DNA of 64,000 bases from Chloroflexota bacterium (GTDB lineage: Bacteria > Chloroflexota > Limnocylindria > Limnocylindrales > CSP1-4). The DNA is taken from the NCBI GenBank assembly GCA_021785175.1, contig JAJYGH010000026.1, forward strand, positions 67 to 64,066. The letters run 5' to 3'. Numbering within the stretch: position 1 is the first letter of the stretch; the number at the start of each line of letters is the position of its first letter. Below, piece after piece: positions 37,713 through 48,229 of this stretch. The position numbers were made by a program, and so were the translations under genes. The notes beneath the pieces are model-generated. The model did not search any database and was not told where the DNA came from. It was given only the letters and a program-made list of their open reading frames with translations.

Positions 37713-39428
37713 ATGAGCGCGGGCGACCTCGCGACCCTCGTCACGCTCTTCCTTGCGATCGTCGTCGCGACGCCCCTGTTCGGGACGTACATCTACCGCG
37801 TCATGGAGGGCGAGCGCGTCCTCCTGAGCCCGGTCCTCCGGCCGCTGGAGCGCGCCGTCTACCGCGTCTGCGGCATCGAGGAGACCGGCGAGATGGACTG
37901 GAAGGCATACACCATCTCGGTCCTCGTCATGGCCGCGGTCGCGATCGTGGCCGGCTACGTGGTGCTCCGGCTGCAGAACGTGCTGCCGCTCAACCAGGGA
38001 CACATCCCCGCCCAGTCCCCGGACCTGGCCTTCAACACGTCGGTCAGCTTCGAGACGAACACCGACTGGCAGAACTACTCGGGCGAGACGGGCGCCACGT
38101 ATCTCTCCCAGGCCGGCGTGCTCGCCGTCCGCAACTTCACTTCGGCCGCGACCGGCATGGCCGTCGCGATCGCGCTGTTCCGCGGGCTGACCCGGCGGAG
38201 CGCGAAGACGCTGGGCAACTACTGGGTCGACCTCACGCGGGGGGTCCTCTATGTGCTGCTGCCGGTGTCCGTCGTGGGCGCGCTGGTCCTCGTCTGGCAG
38301 GGCGTACCGCAGACGTGGGAGCCGTCCCAGGTCGTCCACACGCTGCAGGGCGCCGTCCAGACGATCGCGGTCGGACCGGTGGCCTCCCAGGAATGGATCA
38401 AGGAGATGGGCAACAACGGGGGCGGCTTCTTCAACGCCAACTCCGCCCATCCCTTCGAGAACCCCAACGGGCTGACGAACTGGCTCGAGATGTTCGCCCT
38501 CCTGCTGACCGCGTCGTCGCTGACCTTCACGTTCGGGAAGTACGCGGGCAACCAGCGACAGGGCTGGACGATCTTCGCGGCCATGTACGCGATCCTCCTC
38601 GTCGGCGCGATCGCTGCCATGCACCTCGAGTACGCCGGCAACCCGCTGTTCCCCTCCGACGTCCTGCAGGCCGGACTCGGCAACATGGAGGGCAAGGAGG
38701 TCCGCTTCGGATCCGCAGTCAGTGGCCTCTTCGCCGCCATGACGACCGGCACGAGCACCGGCGCGATCAACTCCTGGCACGACAGCCTGATGCCGCTCAC
38801 CGGGCTCGTGCCGCTCTTCAACATGGAGCTGGGTGAGATCACGCCGGGCGGGATCGGCGCCGGCATGTACGGGATGCTGACGATCGGCGCGATCCTCGCC
38901 GTCTTCATCGCCGGGCTGATGGTCGGCCGCACGCCTGAGTACCTCGGCAAGAAGGTCGAGGCGTACGAGATCAAGATGGCGATGCTGACGGCGCTCGTGC
39001 TCGGCGCCAGCATCCTGGGCTTCACGGCGCTCGCGACGGTCACGAAGCCGGGCCTCGCCGGGCCCCTCAATCCGGGGCCGCACGGCTTCAGCGAGATCCT
39101 CTACGCCTTCTCGAGCCAGACGGGCAACAACGGCTCCGCCTTCGCCGGCCTGAACGGCAACACGGTCTTCTACAACATCACCGGTGCGTTCGCGATGCTC
39201 ATCGGCCGCTACGGGATGATCATCCCGATCCTGGCGCTGGCCGGCTCCATGGCCGCCAAGCGCCCTGTCGCCGCGTCGCTCGGCACGTTCCCGACCACGG
39301 GCGTCCTGTGGGTCGTGCTGCTCATCGGCGTCGTGGTCATCGTCGGCGCGCTCACCTTCTTCCCCGCCCTCTCACTCGGGCCGATCGTCGAGCAGCTCCT
39401 CCTGAATGCCGGAAAGGTCTTCCCGTGA
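37713..39428 (+). CDS. kdpA: K+-transporting ATPase subunit A
   Basis: 571 aa. KdpA N-terminus [35 protein letters not shown] and a 10-TM channel-like subunit. Confidence 0.9.
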   Translation: MSAGDLATLVTLFLAIVVATPLFGTYIYRVMEGERVLLSPVLRPLERAVYRVCGIEETGEMDWKAYTISVLVMAAVAIVAGYVVLRLQNVLPLNQGHIPAQSPDLAFNTSVSFETNTDWQNYSGETGATYLSQAGVLAVRNFTSAATGMAVAIALFRGLTRRSAKTLGNYWVDLTRGVLYVLLPVSVVGALVLVWQGVPQTWEPSQVVHTLQGAVQTIAVGPVASQEWIKEMGNNGGGFFNANSAHPFENPNGLTNWLEMFALLLTASSLTFTFGKYAGNQRQGWTIFAAMYAILLVGAIAAMHLEYAGNPLFPSDVLQAGLGNMEGKEVRFGSAVSGLFAAMTTGTSTGAINSWHDSLMPLTGLVPLFNMELGEITPGGIGAGMYGMLTIGAILAVFIAGLMVGRTPEYLGKKVEAYEIKMAMLTALVLGASILGFTALATVTKPGLAGPLNPGPHGFSEILYAFSSQTGNNGSAFAGLNGNTVFYNITGAFAMLIGRYGMIIPILALAGSMAAKRPVAASLGTFPTTGVLWVVLLIGVVVIVGALTFFPALSLGPIVEQLLLNAGKVFP

Positions 39429-41602
39429 CCGCCGCGCGGTCCCTCATGTCGATCGAGCTGCGCCGCGGCACACGCCGCTTCCAGCGCTTCGTCTCGCTGC
39501 GTGGCGCCAAGCCCGGCCCGACGCCCCCGCCGACGCGCGGCATCCTGGATCCCGAGTTCCTGCGCAGCGCGATCGGGCCGGCGTTCCGCAAGCTCGATCC
39601 GCGCCTGCTGATCCGCAACCCGGTCATGTTCGTGGTCGAGCTGACTGCCGCGCTGGTCACGCTCACCTGGATCGCCAACGTCACCGGCTTCGAGCCGGTC
39701 CGCGGGCCGTCGGGCTTCGGGTTCCAGCTCCAGATCGCGATCTGGCTGTGGTTCACGGTCCTGTTCGCCACGTACGCCGAGGCCCTCGCCGAGGCGCGCG
39801 GGCGGGCGCAGGCGGCGACCCTGCGGAAGACGCGCTCGGAAACCAGCGCCCGCCGCCGGCGTGCGGACGGCACGCTCGAGGACGTCGGGTCGTCGGAGCT
39901 GCGCAAGGGCGACGTGATCGTCGTCGAGGAGGGCGAGACGATCCCCGGCGACGGCGACGTCATCGAGGGAGTCGGCTTCGTCAACGAGGCGGCCATCACG
40001 GGCGAGTCGGCGCCGGTCCTGAAGGAGCCGGGCACCGACATCCGCAGCTCGGTCACCGGCGGAACGACACTCACCAGCGACCGGCTCGTCATCCGCGTGA
40101 CCGCCAACCCCGGTGAGACGTTCCTCGACCGCATGATCGGACTCGTCGAGGGCGCGAAGCGGCAGCGCACGCCGAACGAGATCGCGCTGGCGATTCTGCT
40201 CGCGGGTCTGACCGTCATGTTCCTGATGGCCGTCGTGACGCTCCGGCCGTTCGGGCTCTACGCCGGGACGACCGTGGGCACGGTGCCGCTCGTGGCGCTG
40301 CTCGTCTGCCTCATCCCCACGACGATCGGCGGGCTGCTCTCCGCGATCGGGATCGCGGGAATGGACCGTGTCGCGCGCTTCAACGTGCTCGCGATGAGCG
40401 GTCGGGCCGTGGAGGCGTCGGGGGACGTGGACGTGATCCTGCTCGACAAGACCGGCACGATCACGTACGGCAACCGGCTCGCGGCATCGATCACGCCGGC
40501 TCCCGGCATCCCGGAGGTCGAGGCGGTCCGCGCGGCGCTCGTCTCATCGATCCGGGATGAGACCCCCGAGGGACGCTCGGTCGTGGAGCTCGCCCGCCGG
40601 CGGCTCTCCGAGCTCGGCCAGCCCGGGGGCACCGGCGACCAGGCGGGGCTCGATTCGATCGCGGCGACGATCGCGGAGGAAGTCCCGTTCCGGGCCGAGA
40701 CCCGGACGAGCGGGGCGAAGCTCGTCGATGGAAGCCACGTGCTCAAGGGCGCGGTGGACGCCATCGGCGCGGATCTCGACCGGGCCATGCCACGGGAGGT
40801 CCTGGCCGAGACCGAGGCGATCTCCGACCGTGGCGCGACCCCGCTCGCGCTGCGGAACGACGGCCGCGTGCTCGGCGTGATCGAGCTCAAGGACACCGTC
40901 AAGGAGGGACTGCCCGCCCGCTTCGAGCAGTTCCGGAAGATGGGCATCCGGACCGTGATGGTGACGGGCGACAACCCGCGCACGGCGGCCAGCATCGCGC
41001 GCGAGGCCGGCGTCGACGACTTCATCGCCGAGGCGAAGCCGGAGGACAAGATGGCCTTCATCCGCGCCCAGCAGGCGGACGGCCATCTCGTCGCCATGAC
41101 CGGCGACGGCACCAACGACGCCCCGGCGGTCGCCCAGGCCGACGTGGGGCTGGCGATGAACAGCGGCACGTCGGCGTGCAAGGAGGCGGCCAACATGGTC
41201 GACCTCGATTCCGACCCGACCAAGCTGCTCGAGGTCATCGCGATCGGCAAGCAGCTGCTCATCACGCGCGGCTCGATCACGACGTTCTCGATCGCCAACG
41301 ACGTCGCCAAGTACTTCGCGATCGTGCCCGCCCTGTTCGCGAGTGTGTACCCGCAGCTCAACGCGCTGAACATCATGGGCCTGGCCACGCCGGAGAGCGC
41401 GATCCTGTCGGCCGTCATCTTCAACGCGCTGATCATCATCGTGCTCGTACCCCTGGCGCTCCGCGGCGTCTCGTTCCGGCCGGCGCCGGCAAGCGTCCTC
41501 CTCCAGCGCAACCTGCTGGTCTACGGGCTCGGCGGCATCGTCGCGCCGTTCATCGGCATCAAGGCGGTCGACATCGTCGTCTCCGCCCTCCACCTCGCAT
41601 AG
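39425..41602 (+). CDS. kdpB: K+-transporting P-type ATPase subunit B
   Basis: ORF 39308..41602. P-type motifs [22 protein letters not shown] and [21 protein letters not shown] 39425 overlaps the kdpA stop as GTGA. Confidence 0.9.
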   Translation: MTAARSLMSIELRRGTRRFQRFVSLRGAKPGPTPPPTRGILDPEFLRSAIGPAFRKLDPRLLIRNPVMFVVELTAALVTLTWIANVTGFEPVRGPSGFGFQLQIAIWLWFTVLFATYAEALAEARGRAQAATLRKTRSETSARRRRADGTLEDVGSSELRKGDVIVVEEGETIPGDGDVIEGVGFVNEAAITGESAPVLKEPGTDIRSSVTGGTTLTSDRLVIRVTANPGETFLDRMIGLVEGAKRQRTPNEIALAILLAGLTVMFLMAVVTLRPFGLYAGTTVGTVPLVALLVCLIPTTIGGLLSAIGIAGMDRVARFNVLAMSGRAVEASGDVDVILLDKTGTITYGNRLAASITPAPGIPEVEAVRAALVSSIRDETPEGRSVVELARRRLSELGQPGGTGDQAGLDSIAATIAEEVPFRAETRTSGAKLVDGSHVLKGAVDAIGADLDRAMPREVLAETEAISDRGATPLALRNDGRVLGVIELKDTVKEGLPARFEQFRKMGIRTVMVTGDNPRTAASIAREAGVDDFIAEAKPEDKMAFIRAQQADGHLVAMTGDGTNDAPAVAQADVGLAMNSGTSACKEAANMVDLDSDPTKLLEVIAIGKQLLITRGSITTFSIANDVAKYFAIVPALFASVYPQLNALNIMGLATPESAILSAVIFNALIIIVLVPLALRGVSFRPAPASVLLQRNLLVYGLGGIVAPFIGIKAVDIVVSALHLA

Positions 41603-41611
41603 GACTCCCCA

Positions 41612-42205
41612 GTGACGTCGTTTCTCCGCCACCAGGTCTACCCCGCGGTCGCGCTGCTCGTGGCGCTGACCGTCGTCACCGGCGTGATCTACCCTGCCGT
41701 CGTCACCGCCGTCGCGCAGATCGCCTTTCCATCACAGGCCAACGGGTCGATGATCGTGGTCGACGGGAAGGCCGTCGGTTCCTCGCTGATCGGGCAGTAC
41801 TTCAACGAGCCCAGGTACTTCTGGGGCCGCCCGTCGGCCGCGGTCTCCGCGGCCGACCCGAACGGCTATGACGCCAGCAACTCCGGCGGCAGCAACCTGG
41901 GTCCGACGAACGCGACACTGATCGAGCACGTCGTCCAGCGCGTCGATGCGCTCCGCAAGGCGAACGGAGGCGGGCCCGTCCCGGTGGACCTCGTCACCAG
42001 CTCCGCGTCCGGGCTCGACCCTGACATCAGCCCGCAGGCCGCCGCCTACCAGGTCGACCGCGTCGCGAAGGCGCGCGGGATGAGCGTCGCCGCCGTCACG
42101 GCCGCGGTCGCACGCTTCACGCAGCAGCCGATCCTGGGCTTCCTGGGCGAGCCCTCCGTCAACGTCCTCGAACTCAACCTCTACCTCGACGGCCTGATCC
42201 GATGA
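41612..42205 (+). CDS. kdpC: K+-transporting ATPase subunit C
   Basis: 197 aa. KdpC signature (N-terminal [22 protein letters not shown]). Confidence 0.9.
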   Translation: MTSFLRHQVYPAVALLVALTVVTGVIYPAVVTAVAQIAFPSQANGSMIVVDGKAVGSSLIGQYFNEPRYFWGRPSAAVSAADPNGYDASNSGGSNLGPTNATLIEHVVQRVDALRKANGGGPVPVDLVTSSASGLDPDISPQAAAYQVDRVAKARGMSVAAVTAAVARFTQQPILGFLGEPSVNVLELNLYLDGLIR

Positions 42206-43371
42206 CACCGGAGACCGACCTCGACCGGGACGCCTTCGACTTCCGTCCCACGGGCAACGAGATGCTCGCTCGAGTGCGGGACGAGGGAGCCACCGGCCGG
42301 GGACGGCTGCGGGTCTACCTGGGGATGGCGCCGGGCGTCGGCAAGACGTACCGGATGCTCGAGGAGGGGCACCGACGCCTCGCCCGCGGCACCGACCTGG
42401 TGATCGGCTACGTCGAGCCGCACGGACGTCCCCGGACGATCGAGCTGCTGGAAGGGCTCGAGGTCGTTCCAAGACGTCACATCGAGTACCGCGGCGTGGT
42501 CGTCGAGGAGATGAACACCGGGGCGGTGGTCGAGCGACACCCGACCGTGGCGCTGATCGACGAGCTCGCGCACTCGAACGTTCCCGGATCGGAGCACGAG
42601 AAGCGCTGGCAGGACGTGGAGGAGATCCGCGACGCGGGCATCCACGTCGTGAGCACGATGAACGTGCAGCACCTCGACTCCGTCGCCGACGCCGTGGCGA
42701 CCATCACCGGGGCGCCCGTCCACGAGCGCGTGCCGGACGATGTCCTGCTCCGCGCCGACGAGATCGAGCTCGTCGACATCAGCCCCCACGCCCTTCGCCA
42801 GCGGATGAAGCACGGCAACATCTACCCGCCTGACCACGCGCAGGTTGCGCTCGACCGATTCTTCACCGAGGCGAACCTGACCGCGCTCCGCGAGCTCTCG
42901 CTGCGGCTCGTCGCGCAGCGGGTCGAGGGCCAGCTCGAAGGCTCCATGGCGGGCCAGGAACTGCCGCTGGTCACGGAGCGCGTGCTCGTCCTGGTGGACG
43001 GCAGCCCCGCCTCGGTTCGGGCCGTCCGCCGAGCCGCCACGCTCGCCGGCCTGCTGCACGCCGCCCTCGCCGCGGTCGTGGTCGACACTCCCGAGTCCGA
43101 GCGGCTGCCGTTCGACAGGGCGCGGGACCTGCAGGAGGTCATCGACGACGCCGTGGACCTCGGGGCCGACGTGGTGCGGGTGCAGGCGAGGGACGTCGCG
43201 TCCGGCATCGAGCAGGCCGCGCGAACCCGCCGCGCCACGCACGTCGTGCTGCCGTACCACGAGCGGTCCCGCGTGAGCCGGCTGCTCGAACCGCCGCTCG
43301 TCGAGCGCGTATCCGGCCGCCTCCCCGACGTCGAGGTGCACGTCGTCGCTGCGTCGACGAAGCGCCCGTAG
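42202..43371 (+). CDS. kdpD: stand-alone KdpD N-terminal sensor module (KdpD domain with Walker-A-like [10 protein letters not shown] plus USP domain), no membrane or kinase domains
   Basis: 389 aa. [21 protein letters not shown]..., then a USP-like [19 protein letters not shown]...HVVLPY. ATG 42202 overlaps the kdpC stop as ATGA. Confidence 0.85.
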   Translation: MTPETDLDRDAFDFRPTGNEMLARVRDEGATGRGRLRVYLGMAPGVGKTYRMLEEGHRRLARGTDLVIGYVEPHGRPRTIELLEGLEVVPRRHIEYRGVVVEEMNTGAVVERHPTVALIDELAHSNVPGSEHEKRWQDVEEIRDAGIHVVSTMNVQHLDSVADAVATITGAPVHERVPDDVLLRADEIELVDISPHALRQRMKHGNIYPPDHAQVALDRFFTEANLTALRELSLRLVAQRVEGQLEGSMAGQELPLVTERVLVLVDGSPASVRAVRRAATLAGLLHAALAAVVVDTPESERLPFDRARDLQEVIDDAVDLGADVVRVQARDVASGIEQAARTRRATHVVLPYHERSRVSRLLEPPLVERVSGRLPDVEVHVVAASTKRP

Positions 43372-43595
43372 ATCCAGCCCGCCGACGGCCATCGGACGCC
43401 CGAGGCGGATCGTCGGCGGTCCAGGCGCGGCGGCGGCGGACAGTTCCCGGTTCAGGCGCCGGCGGCGGACAGCTCCCGGTCGAACGAGATCGGCCGGAGC
43501 CCGCAATGGGCCGGGGTGCCGCGGCCAGGCGGCCGGCATGCGCCCCCCCTCCACGACATGCCACCGGGCGGGCGCGTGGACGGCCGGGCGACGCC

Positions 43596-44948
43596 TCAGA
43601 GCTGCCCGGACGGCAGCTGCCGCAGGCCGGTCGGCAGGTCGGTCAGGCGGACGACGTGGGTGTCGGTCGTGCCCGACGAGGGATTGCCCTCGCGCCAGAT
43701 CGCCCATCCGTCGCCGAACGCGACGAAGTCGGGCTGGCGGAGTCCCTCGACCGCCTCGGCGGCGGGGAGCCCCGGCTGCCAGAGCACGAGATCGGTCGCG
43801 AACGATCCGTCGGCCTGGGGAGCTGCGACGATCCACCCGATCCATCCAGCCGTCGCCGCGAGCCCGAACGACAGCACGTGCCCGCCCGGCACCATCGGCA
43901 CGCGGGGACCCGGGACCCGGGCCGGCGCCCCGCCGGCGAGCGATGCGACCTCGACGGATCCGTCCACCGCGTCCTCCCGCGCCCACGCCAGCAGGTCGCC
44001 GCCGATCGTCGCGTCCTTGACGTGCGTGTCGACCACGCGCGGCGTCGCCGACACGGACGGAACGAGCACGAGGGTCCCGTCGTTCGGGTCGGTGGCGACA
44101 GGCGTCGGCCCGGCACGGACGCCGACGTAGAACATCGCCTGGCCGGACAGACCGATCTGCGAGACGTAGGAGGCGACGTCGATCTGTCGGACGATCGTCG
44201 CCGTGCCGGCGTCCCGGATGACGATCCGCGTGGAGACCGGGGCGGCACCGGCTGCCGCGTCGAGCGTGTACACGATCCGGGTGCCGCCGGCGGCGAGGAG
44301 CGGCGGGTTGACAGAGGCCCCCGCGCCGCCGATCGCAATTCGCGTGTTCACGCCGGACGCGACCACCCTCGCCGTCCCGTCGGCCACCCTCAGCGTCACG
44401 ATCTGCCACCCCAGCCCCGACGGCCCCGCACCCTGTCCAACGCTGGCAGGCGGTCCCGTCGCCGACGCGCCGTGCACGGCGGCCTCGGCGCTCCACGTCT
44501 CGAGCCAGGCGAGACCCGTCGACGTCGCGGCCAGGTCGATGGCCTCGTGGCCGCGCGGGATCACGGCGACCACGGAGGACGTGCCGGCCGCGAGATCGAA
44601 CCGACGCACGACGGTCCGACCGGTAACGGCCGACGTGACGAGCTGGTAGACGTTGTCGCCGACGATGACGTCCTCCGCGGGCAGTGCGCCTGGCACGTCG
44701 GGGACCGGACGGAGGACGCCCGTCGGGACGACGAGGGAGGGGCCGGTGATCGAGGGGACCGTACTCGTCGACGGGACCGCCGTCCGCGCGACGGCGCCGG
44801 GGCCCGGAGACGCTCCGGCAGCTGACCGGGAGGCCGCCGCGAGCCCCCCGCCGACGAGACCGGCGGCGACGAGGAGCGTGGCGACGAGCGTGACCCGAGG
44901 CGCGATGCCCTGCCGGATCCCGGGAAGCCGGTGGCGCGAACGATGCAC
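43596..44948 (-). CDS. hypothetical secreted/membrane-anchored protein
   Basis: ORF 43596..45044. N-terminal signal-anchor VTLVATLLVAAGLVGGGLAAAS, then a 400-aa G/A/T/V-rich region with repeated beta-strand-like segments. GTG 44946..44948 is the start candidate. Confidence 0.45.
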   Translation of the reverse strand: MHRSRHRLPGIRQGIAPRVTLVATLLVAAGLVGGGLAAASRSAAGASPGPGAVARTAVPSTSTVPSITGPSLVVPTGVLRPVPDVPGALPAEDVIVGDNVYQLVTSAVTGRTVVRRFDLAAGTSSVVAVIPRGHEAIDLAATSTGLAWLETWSAEAAVHGASATGPPASVGQGAGPSGLGWQIVTLRVADGTARVVASGVNTRIAIGGAGASVNPPLLAAGGTRIVYTLDAAAGAAPVSTRIVIRDAGTATIVRQIDVASYVSQIGLSGQAMFYVGVRAGPTPVATDPNDGTLVLVPSVSATPRVVDTHVKDATIGGDLLAWAREDAVDGSVEVASLAGGAPARVPGPRVPMVPGGHVLSFGLAATAGWIGWIVAAPQADGSFATDLVLWQPGLPAAEAVEGLRQPDFVAFGDGWAIWREGNPSSGTTDTHVVRLTDLPTGLRQLPSGQL

Positions 44949-45401
44949 CGCGAACGCGGCGTCGCACACGCGCGAGACGGGGATGCGCCGCCGCCTGCGC
45001 TGCTCCGGGCCGCGCTTTCCCCGACCGATCCCCCTGTAAAGCACGTCGCCCCCTGCCCGTCACCGACAGCCGCGGTCGCGACCTGCTCCACGGTCCGCGG
45101 GGGACGAGCGTGCGACAGGGCGGCTCACACCGGCCCCCTCAGCATGCCGATCCCACGGCTGCCGTCAAGCCCCAGCGGGGTCCGAGCGGCCACAGCCACG
45201 CCTCTGGAACGTCGCTCTCGATGTGGGCACGGCCGGGCTCACGAGCGGGGCGCGGGAGGTGTCGAACGCGCGCGGGGCGGGACGGTCGCGACATCAGAAC
45301 GGAGGAGCGGCAGGAGGTCGGGCGCGGCCGCGCTACCCTCCTCGCACGCGGCCGGGGAACGTGGCGCGGAACGCGGCCAGGGCCACGGACTGGAGGGGTC
45401 G

Positions 45402-45836
45402 ATGCCGAACCGGATGCTGGAGCGGTTCCGGGCAGGAGCCACGGGTATCCTCGTGCTGCTGCTCGCGCAGTTCGCGCTCGGGATGATCGCCAACCTCTAC
45501 GTCGAGTTCCCGAGCCCACTCGCGGGCGGCGACGCGTTCGCATGGGCGTTCGGCCACTCGCTCGTGGTTCCGGTTCACGTGCTGCTGGCCGCGCTCCTGC
45601 TCGCGGCCTCGCTCGTCACCGCGGAGGTCGCGGCCTGGAGCGGAGTGCCGACCGTGGCCCGAAGCGGCGTCGCCGGTCTGCTGCTGGTCCTCGTCGCTGC
45701 CGTGTGCGGGATCTGGTTCCTCACCGACGGGCAGGGCAACGCCAGCTCGCTGCTGATGGCCTTTGCCTTCATGGGCGCGTTCGTCGCATACGCCGCAGGG
45801 CTGCACGCGGCGCGGTCCGCGGCACCCAGCCACTGA
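45402..45836 (+). CDS. hypothetical 4-TM membrane protein (144 aa)
   Basis: C-terminal part of ORF 44931..45836, from ATG 45402 (MPNRMLERF). Four hydrophobic helices. Confidence 0.5.
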   Translation: MPNRMLERFRAGATGILVLLLAQFALGMIANLYVEFPSPLAGGDAFAWAFGHSLVVPVHVLLAALLLAASLVTAEVAAWSGVPTVARSGVAGLLLVLVAAVCGIWFLTDGQGNASSLLMAFAFMGAFVAYAAGLHAARSAAPSH

Positions 45837-45842
45837 CGCCAC

Positions 45843-45870
45843 GCGCCCCTGCTCGCGGCCCCAGGGGCGC
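45843..45870. terminator. GC-rich hairpin (9-bp stem GCGCCCCTG/CAGGGGCGC, 10-nt loop) between convergent genes
   Basis: Starts 7 nt after the TGA at 45836. Lies between the 45402..45836 (+) gene and the MFS (-) gene. Confidence 0.35.
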
Positions 45871-45974
45871 CCGACGCCGCGCCCCGGCGCCCCGTCGTGT
45901 CCCCTCGGAGATCGTTCCTCGCGGAGAGGCCGATCGCACCGGAACCCGCCGCATGCCGCGGAGGGCCGCAGTCG

Positions 45975-47324
45975 TCAGTCGACCACATCCGCCCTGCCGC
46001 ACGGGACGCCTGCCTCGGCGCCCTCGCGGGAGACGGCGAACGCCGGGCTCGTCGCCGGCTCGGGAACGAGGCCGCCCGCGAGCGTCACGTCGCCGGGCGC
46101 GGCCGTGGACACGTCGACGACGGACTGCGGCGAGGTTCGAGCGACCTTCGATCCGGCGCGCGTTGCGGCAGCCTGGATTGCGGCGATGGCGCCGACCGCG
46201 AGCGCGCCAAACACGATGAGGCCGGCCCGGATACCCCAGCCTCCCGCGATCGTGCCGAGCAGGAACGCGCCGATCGGCGTCGATCCGCCCATCAGCAGCA
46301 CGTAGATGCTCATGATCCGGCCGCGCAGCGCGTCGGGCGTGCGCACCTGGAGGAGCGTGTTCGCCGTCACCGACGCCACCACTCCGGCGAAGCCCGCGAC
46401 GACCATGAGCGCGAGGCTCACCGCGTAGGCCGACGACAGCCCGAGCGCGATCAGCAGGCCGCCCAGGCCGAGCCCGCCGATCGCCAGCCGGCGCTCGCTC
46501 GGCCTCCTGTCGCTCGCGAGCACGATCCCGGCGAGCAGCGAGCCCGCGCCGAGGGCCGACATCAGGGTGCCGAAGCCGGTGACGCCGCGGTGCAGCGCGA
46601 CCGCGAGCAGCGGCAGGGCGACCTGCCAGTTGAACCCGAGCAGCCCGACGACGCCGAACAGCGCGACGACGACCCGAAGCGACGGCGCCGTGACGGCGTA
46701 ACGGATCCCTTCGGCCAGCTCGGACGTCATCCGGACGCCCGCCGGACGTCGCCGCACCGTCGAGTGCCGTGGCCGGACCGCGGCGAGGACCGCGACCGCC
46801 GGCACGTAGCTGGCGGCATTGAGGAACAGCGCGCCGGGGATGCCCCACGTGGCCACCGCGATGCCACCCACCGCGCCACCGACGAGGCGCGCGAGGTTGA
46901 ACTGGATGCTGTTCATGGCAACCGCGTCGGCGACCAGATCGGGTCCCACGAGCTCGGGCACGAATGCCTGTGCGGCCGGGTTGTTGAAAGCGTTCGTCAG
47001 GCCGAGCATCAGCGCGAGGACGGCCACTTCCCAGACCTGAACCGTGCCGCTCACGACGAGCACCCCGAGGATCGCCGCCTGGAGGGCCGCGGCGGTCTGC
47101 GTCGCGAGCAGCAGGCGCCGACGCGGGAGCCGGTCGGCGATGACCCCGCCGATCAACGGGAACACGAGCAGCGGCAGGAACTGGAGCATCGTCACCGTGC
47201 CGAGCACCACGGCGGAGTGCGTCAGCTCGAGCACGAGCCAGCTCTGCGCCACGGCCTGTGCCCACGTGCCGACACCCGAAACGAGCTGGCTGGACCAGTA
47301 CCAGCGGAAGTCGGAGACGAGCAT
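45975..47324 (-). CDS. MFS transporter (EntS/MFS_3-like)
   Basis: ORF 45975..48167. MFS core from MLVSDFRWYWSSQLVSGVGTW; about 12 TM. Alternative start at ATG 47433. Confidence 0.75.
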   Translation of the reverse strand: MLVSDFRWYWSSQLVSGVGTWAQAVAQSWLVLELTHSAVVLGTVTMLQFLPLLVFPLIGGVIADRLPRRRLLLATQTAAALQAAILGVLVVSGTVQVWEVAVLALMLGLTNAFNNPAAQAFVPELVGPDLVADAVAMNSIQFNLARLVGGAVGGIAVATWGIPGALFLNAASYVPAVAVLAAVRPRHSTVRRRPAGVRMTSELAEGIRYAVTAPSLRVVVALFGVVGLLGFNWQVALPLLAVALHRGVTGFGTLMSALGAGSLLAGIVLASDRRPSERRLAIGGLGLGGLLIALGLSSAYAVSLALMVVAGFAGVVASVTANTLLQVRTPDALRGRIMSIYVLLMGGSTPIGAFLLGTIAGGWGIRAGLIVFGALAVGAIAAIQAAATRAGSKVARTSPQSVVDVSTAAPGDVTLAGGLVPEPATSPAFAVSREGAEAGVPCGRADVVD

Positions 47325-47500
47325 CGAGGCGGGGAGGCGGACCCGCGCCCCCACGGGCTTCGAGCTCCGCGCGAGTGGTCGGCTCCCGGCGGACTCTGGG
47401 CTCCCGGCGGGCTGCGAGCTTTCGACCGGCTGCATGATCGCCGCCGGCCGCGATCCCCTCCGCGGAGCAGACGGCCCCGGCCGCCCTGGGTCGGTCGGGC

Positions 47501-48160
47501 TCACGCCCGCACCTCCATCTCCGGTTCGGCCACGTCCTGCTCCGCCGTCGACGCATCCCCGGCCACTCCCGCCTCGAGACGGTCGAGGAGGCGGTTCAAC
47601 GTCGCGACGCCGTCGGCTCCGAGCGCCCGCTCGAGGAGCGCGCTCCATTCGGCGGAGCGGTCCACGAGGAGTCGGCCGATCGACGCGCCGGTCCGGGTCG
47701 GCGACAGCACCCGGCGGCGCCTGTCGTCCGGGTCGGACGCGGACGCGAGCAATCCGTCCCGCTCGAGCACGTCGGCGAGGCGCTTGACGTTCATCGGGTC
47801 CGCATAGAGCCGTCGGGCCAGCTCGCGGAGACCGGTTCCGGGCCGCTCGGCGACGGCCCGGAGCACCGCGGCCTGGGGGCCGGTGAGCCCGAGGTCGGCG
47901 ATCCGGCTCTCCCAGCCCGATCGGATGCGTCGGTGCGCGCGGCCCACGCGGTACCCGATCGCGCTCTCGAGCGTGCGCGCCGAAACGTCCGGCCCGGCGT
48001 CCGGGCGCGCCCCGCCAGCGACGTCGGCCGGTGTGTCGAATGGCGTGGCGTCGCCCATCCCCGCCCTGTCGTCCATCCCCGCCCTGACGCCAGGGCCGAG
48101 CCCCACGCCCCCCGCGGCAGCACCGGGCGCCGCGGCCGCCGATGTTTCCTGGCTGTTCAC
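47501..48160 (-). CDS. MarR family transcriptional regulator
   Basis: 219 aa. Winged-HTH (LTGPQAAVLRAVAERPGTGLRELARRLYADPMNVKRLADVLERDGLL). The N-terminal ~60 aa is low complexity. Confidence 0.7.
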   Translation of the reverse strand: MNSQETSAAAAPGAAAGGVGLGPGVRAGMDDRAGMGDATPFDTPADVAGGARPDAGPDVSARTLESAIGYRVGRAHRRIRSGWESRIADLGLTGPQAAVLRAVAERPGTGLRELARRLYADPMNVKRLADVLERDGLLASASDPDDRRRRVLSPTRTGASIGRLLVDRSAEWSALLERALGADGVATLNRLLDRLEAGVAGDASTAEQDVAEPEMEVRA

Positions 48161-48169
48161 ACGTCAATT

Positions 48170-48183
48170 GTAGTCATTACTAC
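48170..48183. promoter_or_regulatory. AT-rich island with inverted repeat GTAGT-cattACTAC immediately upstream of the marR start
   Basis: tcaattgtagtcattactacgactg is the only strongly AT-rich stretch in about 10 kb. It lies in the 70-nt spacer between marR (48160) and the AKR gene stop (48230). Confidence 0.35.
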
Positions 48184-48229
48184 GACTGTCGGCCTCGGAA
48201 GGCCTGCGTTCGTCGCGGCCGGGCATCGC

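Noticed and set aside
42181-45063. 960-aa minus-strand ORF overlapping the KdpD N-module and the secreted protein
   Set aside because: The upstream two thirds are antisense to the kdpD N-module and R/G-rich. Only the last 451 codons (from GTG 44948) look protein-like.
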